The notes beneath the pieces were generated by a model. The model was not told where the DNA came from. It searched no databases and saw nothing but the letters and a program-made list of their open reading frames with translations. Both the position numbers and the translations under genes were made by a program. From Calditrichaceae bacterium (GTDB lineage Bacteria; Calditrichota; Calditrichia; Calditrichales; JBFXGD01), in contig JBFXGD010000125.1 of assembly GCA_050178385.1 (NCBI GenBank), positions 1 through 10,414 on the forward strand: DNA of 10,414 nucleotides, in the 5' to 3' direction. Positions 1 through 8,700 of this stretch are shown one piece after another; position 1 is the first letter of the stretch, and every line of letters starts with the position of its first letter.

Positions 1-389
1 AATTTATAAAACAGATAAACCGCAAATCCGGCCGCTGCCAATTCTCCTATTTTAATGCTGATTCCCTCTTTATGGAAGAGGTAAAAACCATACATTAACA
101 GGATCAGAACACCAAAACCGTAGAATGTGGAACGTAATTTTATGGCCCATTCAAACCTTATCAGTTTTTCGACATTTGAACGGTATAAAATTCCCACCGG
201 TGTGATGATCAGAGTCGCGAATCCCGCTAAAAACAGCAGCGCCTGGTAATATGATTCAATAATTTCCGGACTGATTTTTACGCGGGAATATATCACAAAA
301 AACAAGGTGACAAATCCTCCCGCCGCAATCATGAAGGCAATGCTGAAGAGAAACAACCAATTTTTGGCAAATCTTTCATTAAGATCCAT
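1..389 (-). CDS. Polytopic integral membrane protein of unknown function, 3'-truncated at the window edge (not in the ORF track)
   Basis: Manual translation from the ATG at 389-387, one base after the GT4 stop, stays open to base 1: MDLNERFAKNWLFLFSIAFMIAAGGFVTLFFVIYSRVKISPEIIESYYQALLFLAGFATLIITPVGILYRSNVEKLIRFEWAIKLRSTFYGFGVLILLMYGFYLFHKEGISIKIGELAAAGFAVYLFYK. This is 129 codons with no stop, containing three clear hydrophobic segments and the start of a fourth. Confidence 0.85.
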   Translation of the reverse strand, partial: MDLNERFAKNWLFLFSIAFMIAAGGFVTLFFVIYSRVKISPEIIESYYQALLFLAGFATLIITPVGILYRSNVEKLIRFEWAIKLRSTFYGFGVLILLMYGFYLFHKEGISIKIGELAAAGFAVYLFYK

Positions 390-390
390 G

Positions 391-1662
391 TTATACACTT
401 ATAATTCTTTCAAGAAAATGGTGGAAAGTATCAGTTAAATTTTTCCTGGAGTACTTATCGATGTCATTAAATTTAAATTTGGGAATCGAATCGGTCCATT
501 CGGCCAGCACTTGTGCAAGTTCACTGATTCTGCTGGGAGGTATAACTCTGCCTGAATTTGTCTGGTTGATTAAATCTGCCGCTTCTCCTGTTTCGGGAAC
601 AAGCGCCAGAATCGGTTTCCCAAGTCTTAAATATTCGTACACTTTTCCTCCAATGGTCATGTCACTTTTGGAGTACTTATCATCCAGAATGAAACAACAG
701 ACATCCATTCCACTCAAAAGATCAAGACAGTCCTTATGTTCCAGATAGCCCCATTCCCTGATATTTGCCTCAATGCCGTATTTTTTGGCGAGCGCGGACA
801 GGGAAATCATTGATTTACCGATGTGATGGAACCGTATTTTACTGACTTTTTCAGGATATTTTTTTTCGACCAGCGCAATCGCTTTAAAAAGATTCTCCGG
901 ATTATTGATATGAGAATAAAATGTTCCCGAGAAAGCTATGTTTAAATATCCGTCATCCAGTTTTACCGGGGATAGGGCTTCAAAATCATCCTCATCAAAC
1001 CCATTGGGAATGATCACCCACTTTGCGGAATTGAATCCCTTAATTGTCTTTTGATAATTGTCAACGAGAGATTTATATGCTGCTGCACCGTATTGAACGA
1101 GGGAAATGCTGTCAAATTCGTATTTGTAATCCTTTTTAAAGTGAAATGCCGTTGGATGTATCTTATACGGATTCATCGTCCAGGGGTCACGCATATCCAA
1201 TATTACAGGTAAACTGACTTCATGAGTCAGTTCGGCTGCCAGAATTGCCAGAGAATATGGAGGCGCGGTTATAAGAATGCAATCATAACTTTTTTGATTA
1301 ATTTCATTCAGAATCGCATTTTTGGCTGGTGCGATCCATTCCTTTCTCATATCCGGAATATAATAAAATGCGCTGAGCCATCTTTTCCAGTATGAAGCAT
1401 CTTTTAGAAACGGCAAATTTTTTAGAAACCGCTTTTCGATTACAGGAAGATTGTTCAGCACACGGATAATCTTAACTTCAGGTGGAACTTCCCGCAGCAG
1501 AGAGTGATCAGACGGAACACTCTCCATCTGCTCTCCCGCGGTTACAACAGTGATGCTCCAATCATACCGTGAAAGGTATTTTATGAATTTTAGGATTCGC
1601 TGAACCCCACCACCACCTAAAGGTGCAAAATAATAAGAAACAATCAGACACCGTTTATCCAA
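391..1662 (-). CDS. Glycosyltransferase family 4 (GT-B fold), probably for cell-surface polysaccharide or LPS synthesis
   Basis: N-terminal LIVSYYFAPLGGGGVQRILKFIKYL, then ITAPPYS, ILDMRDPW, IIPNGFD, FSGTFY and C-terminal GGKVYEYLRLGKPILA, all typical of GT4 enzymes. The TTG start at 1662-1660 lies inside the last 19 nt of the upstream kinase gene. Confidence 0.92.
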   Translation of the reverse strand: MDKRCLIVSYYFAPLGGGGVQRILKFIKYLSRYDWSITVVTAGEQMESVPSDHSLLREVPPEVKIIRVLNNLPVIEKRFLKNLPFLKDASYWKRWLSAFYYIPDMRKEWIAPAKNAILNEINQKSYDCILITAPPYSLAILAAELTHEVSLPVILDMRDPWTMNPYKIHPTAFHFKKDYKYEFDSISLVQYGAAAYKSLVDNYQKTIKGFNSAKWVIIPNGFDEDDFEALSPVKLDDGYLNIAFSGTFYSHINNPENLFKAIALVEKKYPEKVSKIRFHHIGKSMISLSALAKKYGIEANIREWGYLEHKDCLDLLSGMDVCCFILDDKYSKSDMTIGGKVYEYLRLGKPILALVPETGEAADLINQTNSGRVIPPSRISELAQVLAEWTDSIPKFKFNDIDKYSRKNLTDTFHHFLERIISV

Positions 1663-2294
1663 TTCTGTCGTTCCAGTTCCTTAATTGGTTGATAAATTAT
1701 ATTAAAATCATTTTCATTGTGCTCAAAATCTCTATGCGTGGTATCAATCGTTACTACTCTCAGGTTTGCCGCCTTAGCTCTTTCGATCCAGGCGTCATAG
1801 GCTTCATTCAGTTGGGCAAGATATTTCGGATCGATGGTTTGTTCATAATCCCTGCCCCTTTTTTGGATATGCTGAAGCAGACGTTCGACGGGTGACTTCA
1901 GATACACAATCAGATCAGGCTTCCGCAGATAACTGACCATTATCGAAAACAAATCTCTGTAATTACTGTAATCCTTATCGGACATGAATCCCTGCTTATG
2001 AAGTGTATAGGCAAATATTTCCACATCTTCATAGATAGACCGATCCTGAATACAGGAATCCGGCCATTCCGTGATTTCCTTTTGGCTTCTAAACCGGTTT
2101 GACAAAAAAAACACCTGCAAATGAAAACTCCACCTGTTCATATCTTTGTAAAAATCTGACAGATATGGGTTATCTATCACCTTCTCAAAATATGCTTTCC
2201 ACCCAAGTTTTTCGCTTAACATTTTTGTTAATGTTGTTTTTCCCACCCCTATATTTCCCGCTATCGCAACAAATAACTTTTTTTTCTCCGGCAA
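1644..2294 (-). CDS. dck: Deoxynucleoside kinase (dNK family), deoxyadenosine/deoxycytidine kinase-like
   Basis: P-loop GNIGVGKTT, NPYLSDFY..RWSFHLQVFFL, QDRSIYED, PDLIVYL and lid motif KRGRDYE. From recall, the DRSIYED and RWSFHLQ motifs match Bacillus-type Dck rather than Dgk. The TTG start has an AGGAG upstream. Substrate specificity is inferred. Confidence 0.9.
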   Translation of the reverse strand: MPEKKKLFVAIAGNIGVGKTTLTKMLSEKLGWKAYFEKVIDNPYLSDFYKDMNRWSFHLQVFFLSNRFRSQKEITEWPDSCIQDRSIYEDVEIFAYTLHKQGFMSDKDYSNYRDLFSIMVSYLRKPDLIVYLKSPVERLLQHIQKRGRDYEQTIDPKYLAQLNEAYDAWIERAKAANLRVVTIDTTHRDFEHNENDFNIIYQPIKELERQNWINGV

Positions 2295-2303
2295 CGTTCC
2301 TGT

Positions 2304-2308
2304 CTCCT
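2304..2308 (-). promoter_or_regulatory. Shine-Dalgarno sequence (AGGAG) for the deoxynucleoside kinase
   Basis: The minus strand reads cacAGGAGacaggaacgTTG, with 9 nt between AGGAG and the TTG start at 2294. Confidence 0.75.
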
Positions 2309-2342
2309 GTGTTTCAATTATTTACGGATTTCCCTAATCCAT

Positions 2343-3245
2343 TTATATTTGTTCATACTTTTTTTTGAACCGTGACGGCATGCGCTCAAGGTTATGTCCG
2401 TATTGTCCGGTAACCCATGAAGCCATTCCGGTCGCAAATTCCGCGCTTTTGATAACACTTCCGTTCTTTATAAGACCAGCGAGAAATGCTCCATGAAATA
2501 CATCGCCTGCATTTGTCATATCCTTAACCCGGGAATTTTTACGGGTGGGGACACTATAATATTGCCCTTCATGGAGAAAAACACTTCCTTCGCCGCCAAG
2601 GGTGATTCCCGCTATTTTGACCCCCATCCCCGCCAGATACCTGAGAAACTCTTTTGGCTTGAGATTGCCATCGACCTGATTCATCATGTCATCCGATACG
2701 ATAACTGCTTCCGCATCTTTCACTATTTTTTCCCATTCCGGCCTTTTACTTCCAAGGTCAAGAAACAAACCGGTATCATTGCGTCCGGATTCTGATTTTA
2801 AATTCATTGTAAGTTCAAAATCCCGGCCATCCGTGTAAATCCAACGGGTAATCCCGGCAATTTTTTTTAGATATGATTTGGACAGAACAGGTAATTTTAA
2901 CGGCTGTTGTAAAATCACCGTCCGTTCACCCGTCTTCTGATCAATTATTATCACTGCATTGGGTACAGGTACTTTCTTAAGGACACGTGAATCATTTATC
3001 GTCTCCAAACCTGTCCCGATTATATATCTTTCAAAAAAATCCGGGTTTTCTTCATAAGCGTTCAGCGGTATTCCCCAGGCGGATTTTAATCCTAAAGATG
3101 CCATCGTCAGCAATCCGACAGCTACCGGTCCGCCTAACTGTTCACGCCATTCATAACCATACATTTTGAGGTTCGGCACGGGAAAATCATCAACCTTTAT
3201 TAATCGGTCATGAGTAAGAAGCCCGAATCCCACGCAGTCAAACAT
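2343..3245 (-). CDS. PfkB/ribokinase-family carbohydrate kinase, divergent (N-terminus resembles YihV/ketohexokinase-like members)
   Basis: CVGFGLLTHD...LGGPVAVGLLTMASLG (PfkB signature 1 region), DQKTGERTVI, FLDLG, GITLGGEGSV and DMTNAGDVFHGAFLAGL (signature 2 with the catalytic Asp). Start taken at the ATG 3245-3243; the ORF track uses the adjacent TTG at 3248. Confidence 0.88.
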   Translation of the reverse strand: MFDCVGFGLLTHDRLIKVDDFPVPNLKMYGYEWREQLGGPVAVGLLTMASLGLKSAWGIPLNAYEENPDFFERYIIGTGLETINDSRVLKKVPVPNAVIIIDQKTGERTVILQQPLKLPVLSKSYLKKIAGITRWIYTDGRDFELTMNLKSESGRNDTGLFLDLGSKRPEWEKIVKDAEAVIVSDDMMNQVDGNLKPKEFLRYLAGMGVKIAGITLGGEGSVFLHEGQYYSVPTRKNSRVKDMTNAGDVFHGAFLAGLIKNGSVIKSAEFATGMASWVTGQYGHNLERMPSRFKKKYEQI

Positions 3246-3270
3246 CAATTTTCAACATCCGGTATAATTG

Positions 3271-4164
3271 TTAAACAGCCATAACTAAGTTAAGGATTAT
3301 CGGATAAATATCCAAAAGGGATTTAGGCATTTGCTGATGAAGAAATTCGGATTTTCCCCAAAATGCTGCAAAAGCCGGATTAAAAGTGTGGGACTTGACG
3401 GATAAATCTTCAATATTTCCGTGGTCACTGATGACAATAACCGCTGTCCTGCTTAAATCTGCCATTTCCAGAATATACATTATAAAGTTTTCCAATTGCC
3501 TCAAAATTCTGACTGACATCTTCATATCTTTTTTGTGTCCCGCTTTATCCGTGAGGAAATATTCAAAAAGCGTCAAGTCGTTCTCATCCGAGAGGCGCAC
3601 CAATATTTCAGCCGCTCTTTTCACTGTTACCGGTTCAACTTCAAAACCCATATTCTGAATGATCTCATTTGTAATATCGTGATAAAGAGCCCGGTGATTC
3701 TTTAGATCGTCAAATTGCTTAAATGGAAGTCCTGCACCCTGATTCATTATAACTGTGGCAGAGAGAGCGCTCCCTCTGAATATTTCCGGTGTAGTAAAAA
3801 ATACCGGTCTGAAGGCGTTTACAAATGAACTTCGGAAATTGCGGGTTGTGAGGTCTTTAAATATAGATTGTTGCGTGAGCAGTTCTCTAAGGGCGGCATT
3901 TGGAGCGCGAAACAGGTGATAACCCAACAGATCTGCAGCGTTTATCCCGGTATAAATTGATGTCTGACCGGTGGCGCTTTGAGGTAATCCCTGAACACCG
4001 AGGCATGCATCGAGGCCTATTGAAAAGCCATCATGTGATTGTTTTTTTACGCTGATGTCCTGAAAATGATTAAAAATTCCTGTTTTCAAGTGGCAGCATG
4101 GATTTTTTAACTCATCATTTTCACCGACACCCAGGCCATCGATAAATATGAGAAGGACTTTCAC
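3271..4164 (-). CDS. Alkaline-phosphatase-superfamily metalloenzyme (cofactor-independent phosphoglycerate mutase / phosphopentomutase-like)
   Basis: Metal-ligand and nucleophile motifs occur in the canonical order: IFIDGLG, LPQSATGQT (putative Ser nucleophile), TDKAGH, ISDHGN, HTFNP. The GTG start overlaps the upstream TGA as GTGA at 4164-4161. Confidence 0.85.
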   Translation of the reverse strand: MKVLLIFIDGLGVGENDELKNPCCHLKTGIFNHFQDISVKKQSHDGFSIGLDACLGVQGLPQSATGQTSIYTGINAADLLGYHLFRAPNAALRELLTQQSIFKDLTTRNFRSSFVNAFRPVFFTTPEIFRGSALSATVIMNQGAGLPFKQFDDLKNHRALYHDITNEIIQNMGFEVEPVTVKRAAEILVRLSDENDLTLFEYFLTDKAGHKKDMKMSVRILRQLENFIMYILEMADLSRTAVIVISDHGNIEDLSVKSHTFNPAFAAFWGKSEFLHQQMPKSLLDIYPIILNLVMAV

Positions 4165-5630
4165 TTAAATTCAAAGAAAAGATTGGTAGAAAAGCGTACT
4201 TTTTTACCATTTACCGTCCCTGATTTAAAAGTAAATTTTTCTGCAGCTTCAATAGAAAGCTTATCGTAATAAGCATTCAGCCCTTTTAAAACCTGTGCTG
4301 ATTCAACGAATCCGTTCTTACCGACAACCACGCGTACAATAACTTTTCCATTAGCTCCCATCCCAAGTGATTTATTCGAAATTTGAGGAGCATATGTTTT
4401 TAAGGCGATTTTTTTGTTGTCAAGGAATGGCTCAAGGAAAACCTGATCGTAGTTAATGGACGGGACATTGGCTTTCTCTTGTACCGGCGCTGTAGGTGTT
4501 AATTTTTCCGGCGCAACAGCAAGAGATGCAGTTTCCGATTCTGTTTTAGTATTTTGAACATCTTTAACACCAGAATCCGAAATATCTTCCTGCTTCACCT
4601 GGTTCGCAATATCCTTGATTGCAACATCCCGGGGAATCGTTACCGGCGCGGACGGTTTTTCGGTTTTTACGCTTTCTGCTGCCGGCTGTGTTTTCGGTGG
4701 TTCAACTTTTTCTTCCGTCTGATTTGTGTTCTGAGATAACAATAAAAATTCCTGTAAGTTTTTGTTGGCGCCAAGGAATGGGTCAACGTCAATTGGGCCG
4801 AACTTACTCTCGTTGTTATTATCATACAGTTTTACCGCCAGCTCATTCCTGCCGGTAAATGTACCCCAGGAATTATTTTCCGCTTTGATCGGTAAATTGG
4901 AATGATTGTAAACTTCATATTCCGTGTTTTCGAAAATCCGGTTCTGCCCCAGGTTATAGTCGGAATCTTTCTGAACAGAACCAAGATTAGGCTGAGAGAG
5001 ACTAAATATCACAACACCGATTTGGTTCAGTGTAATTAAATTTTCAGACAGAATCGGTCTTGCTCCAAGATTACAAATCAATCCCGCGTACCCATTTTCA
5101 GTTAATATATTTTTATAAATTTTGGGAGCCGCTTTGACCTCCGCGCTGATGCCGGCGTTAAAATTAAACCGAATCTGGGAATTTCTGATCTGCGGATCAC
5201 TTTTTTTCACCGTTATACCATTGTATGCATATTCGATCACCGAATACTCGATAATCGACACCTGTTTAGGATTGAGTATTGTAATTCCGTACCAATCGCC
5301 CATTCTGGGTTCACTGCTGTTTGAAGAAAACGTAATCTTATTGCTGATATCACCCTTTGCCATAAGAATACCCTCTATTATCAGCTCACATCGTGTCTTA
5401 TCGCTTCCTGATCTGAATTTATCTTTATTAGGGGAGAATAAAATTTTTGTCCCGGGGGTAATATCCAAACGGGCTGATGAAACCACTGTCACATCGCCTT
5501 CAATTACAACAGTCCCGCTCCAGACCGTGTTTTCAGTAATTCTTGTTCCTGAAACAACATTATTCTGGGCCTGTGCCACACCTGAAAAAACTAGAAAAAC
5601 ACATACAATCAATCCATAAATCTTGCTCAT
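4161..5630 (-). CDS. Exported protein with right-handed parallel beta-helix domain, low-complexity linker and C-terminal TonB_C domain
   Basis: Signal peptide MSKIYGLIVCVFLVFSGVAQA. The N-terminal domain has GTRITENTVWSGTVVIEGDVTV, GDWYGI and ~22-aa repeats (YAYNGITVKKSDPQIRNSQIR / FNFNAGISAEVKAAPKIYKNILT / ENGYAGLICNLGARPILSENLIT). A P/E/K/T/Q-rich linker follows. The C-terminus GKVIVRVVVGKNGFVESAQVLKG..YDKLSIEAAEKFTFKSGTVNGKKV..FEFK matches the TonB C-terminal fold pattern. Confidence 0.8.
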   Translation of the reverse strand: MSKIYGLIVCVFLVFSGVAQAQNNVVSGTRITENTVWSGTVVIEGDVTVVSSARLDITPGTKILFSPNKDKFRSGSDKTRCELIIEGILMAKGDISNKITFSSNSSEPRMGDWYGITILNPKQVSIIEYSVIEYAYNGITVKKSDPQIRNSQIRFNFNAGISAEVKAAPKIYKNILTENGYAGLICNLGARPILSENLITLNQIGVVIFSLSQPNLGSVQKDSDYNLGQNRIFENTEYEVYNHSNLPIKAENNSWGTFTGRNELAVKLYDNNNESKFGPIDVDPFLGANKNLQEFLLLSQNTNQTEEKVEPPKTQPAAESVKTEKPSAPVTIPRDVAIKDIANQVKQEDISDSGVKDVQNTKTESETASLAVAPEKLTPTAPVQEKANVPSINYDQVFLEPFLDNKKIALKTYAPQISNKSLGMGANGKVIVRVVVGKNGFVESAQVLKGLNAYYDKLSIEAAEKFTFKSGTVNGKKVRFSTNLFFEFK

Positions 5631-5704
5631 AGCAATTCCATTTAATATAAAATCAATAAAGTTAATGTATCATATTTTCCAAAAAAACGCCGGATTGATT
5701 CGTT

Positions 5705-8700
5705 TTACCTGATATCAGAACCTATTTCAATAAAATCAGATAATACGCGAATCAGATCAGTTTCTTTAAATGGTTTAACCAGAAAAGCATTAGCTCCGAT
5801 ATCCTCACCCTCCTGCTGTTGGGTCATTCCGGCCCGGCCTGTTAAAATCACAATCGGCAACCCTTCAAATTTCTTGTCTTTTCGTATTGATTTAATCAGC
5901 TCGAATCCGTGCATTTTGGGCATCTCGAGGTCAGTAATCATCAGATCAATTTTTTCTGTTTTAATTTTTGTAAGCGCGTCTTCCCCGTTGTTTGATTTAA
6001 CAATCGTGAAATTATGTTTTTCCAGAACCGATCCGACGAAATTCCTAACACTGCTTGAATCATCGACGATTAAAATTTGTGGTTTTCGTGATGATATTTT
6101 TTTCTTTTTGATTACTTTCTTTACGGTTTTCCTTTTCTTTGCAGGTTTAGGTTTCTTTATTTCTTCCGCTTCGGGGAGACTAACCCTTGCTTTACGGCCT
6201 GAATACTTATCCGTGATACTCCCAAAAAACTGAAGCTCTGCTGTCCGGATGACCGCGGAGTAATCAAGTATTAACGCGACTTCTCCACTGCCTAATATGG
6301 TGCCTCCGGAGATATATTCGACATTTTGTAAATGGGAGCCAAGAGTTTTAATGACAATTTCCTGTCTTCCCAAAATTTCATCCACACCCAGCGCAATGCT
6401 AACTCCCGCGTCATGAAGCACAACGGCGTTGATCTTTTTTTGCCCGCTTTCTTCTTTATTAAACTGAAGCAATTTATCTATTTCCAGATAGGGGAGTAAT
6501 TTACCGCGAATTTTTATGTACCCTTTTTCACCTTCAAGAATCAAGTCCTTTGGCTCAAATCTTACCGATTCCTGAATAGCGAGCATTGGAATAGCTACTA
6601 TTTGTCCGGCGGCCCTTATCATGATCGCCTGTGAAATGATGAGCGTCAGCGGGACACGAATACTAAATGTGGTCCCGACATTTTTCTCGGTTTTGATACG
6701 GATGTTACCCTTCATTTTTTGTATTTCATTCGCGACAACATCCATCCCGATACCTCTGCCGGAAATCTCATTTGCTTCATCACGAGTACTGAAGCCGGGA
6801 TAAAAGATGTAGTCCAGAATTTCAGCTTCGCTTAGTTGATCGACATCTTTACGATCAGCCATTTTTTTGCTGATAATTTTCGCCTTTATCTTTCCAAGAT
6901 CGATTCCCTGCCCGTCATCCTCAACTTCGATAACAACCTGATTCCTTTCCTGACGCGCCCGCAGATAAAGATTACCCGTTTCACTTTTTTTCAAAGCTTT
7001 ACGATCTTTTGGTAATTCTATCCCGTGATCAATCGCGTTTCTGATAATGTGCATCAGGGGATCGCTTAACGCTTCTACCAGCGCGCGGTCAAGTTCAACA
7101 TCCTGTTCTGCAACATCCAGATTAATTTTTTTATTCTGTGATTTAGCAAGATCGCGGACAGATCGCGGATAGCGGTTAAACAGATATTCGATAGGAACCA
7201 TTCGGGCTTTAAGAATGTCACCGTGAAGTTGTTTACTCAGATTTGAGATTCTCCCAACACTTTGTTCAACTCCCTGTGTGAGCTTGTTTAAGTCCAGTGA
7301 AACAGTACTTACGGTTTTAAGAATATCCTTAAAATTCCCGGCAAGAATCTTAAGATTGTCCATCTGTTCGGGGTCAAAACTTTTTAATCCGCCATCAGTA
7401 AGTATATCTTCTTCTACTACTTCTTCAACAATATCTTCCGAAGAATATATTTTTTTCTTGCCGCTTTCAATATCGGAAATGATTTTCTTAAACGTATCCA
7501 GATATGTGCTCAGTTGTGTCTGATTGATCACCAAATCCGCAGCCATGTCCACAAGTTTATCCAGATAATCCGTGCTTACGCGAATATTTTTTTCTTCTTC
7601 CTTTACCCCATCTGAACGTTTTGCCGGAACCTGAGCGGCCGGCATTTCCGCGGCTTTCAATTCATCCGGAAGTTCTTCCATATTTTGATAGAGAAATAAC
7701 TTATTATCCAGCTCCGCAAGCCTTGCCAGATAAAGCGGAACATTTTCCCCTTCTCCGTTCTGAATCGCTGTAACAAGATCCTGTATTAAATCGATCGCGG
7801 TGAATGCGGGATTAAGCATATCACTCTTTGATCCGCCCTTTTTCTGTTTATAAAGCTGAAAATAATCCTCCAGCTTATGGCTGACCTCCCCTATACGACT
7901 ATAAGTGCTCATTAACGAGCTTCCCTTGAGTGTATGGATATTCCGGAGCACGTCCGCCAAAATCGTATCACTTTCGGGCATCTTTTCTAATTCAAGAAGT
8001 TCTTTGTTAAGAGCTTCAAGCAGCTGACCGGCTTCTTCAAGAAATATTTCCCTGATATTTTCAGGAACCGTCTCATCCTGGTCTTCATCGATCGGATCAA
8101 CCGGTAATTCCGCCTTATAATTATTCACATCCATCGAGTTGAGCAGCTCCGCCAGATCACCCTTGCTTATCTTTTCTCCACTACTCAATCTGCTGATATA
8201 ATCAACGGCAGTCGTGATATTTTCCTGAAGTTCAGAATCAATTTCTATTTCATTATTGCGCACAGATTCAACAATTGATTCGAGGTTTTCTGCTATATGT
8301 GAAATATCCCCGAACCCCATCATTCTGGCAGACATTTTCAATGAATGGGAAGCGTTCTCCAATTCATCCAGGGCTTTTCCGTCATCAGGTTTTCTCTTAA
8401 TTTTATCATGTGCTTTGTTAATAGTCGCCATAAACAACCTGGCTTCATCCTGAAAGATCTCAACAAGGTCGGCGTCCGTGTTTTTGTCGGCCGAAAACAG
8501 AGGTTTCTCATCTTCTGATACTTCCACCGGCGTCTTTTCCATTGATTCAGAATCTTCTGATGATTCCATATCGACGATTTCTATCGAATCCAGCGTATGC
8601 TGAAGAAATTCCACTATTGTTTCGGTTTCAGTATCAGGATTATTAATAAGAGCTTCGAGTGTATTGACTCCGTCATTCAGAGCTTTCGGAATATTTCCGG

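Noticed and set aside
2324..2342. Small inverted repeat GGATT-tccct-AATCC between the PfkB and dNK genes
   Set aside because: The perfect stem is only 5 bp with no following U tract and no second copy seen. It is not supportable as a terminator or operator.
1644..4164. Anti-phage defence or prophage interpretation of the dNK/PfkB/phosphoesterase-like genes
   Set aside because: The dNK resembles housekeeping Dck. No integrase, nuclease, toxin, att site or evident compositional shift was seen.
5643..5673. Possible sigma70 promoter for the TonB_C fusion gene (ATGATA-18 nt-TATATT on the minus strand)
   Set aside because: It is a partial consensus match in a very AT-rich spacer, where such matches arise by chance.
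5680..5708. Possible intrinsic terminator after the kinase stop (minus strand AAAACG-11 nt-CGTTTTTTT)
   Set aside because: A T7 tract is present, but the stem is short, AT-rich and uses the T tract itself. It is too weak to call without folding or transcript data.
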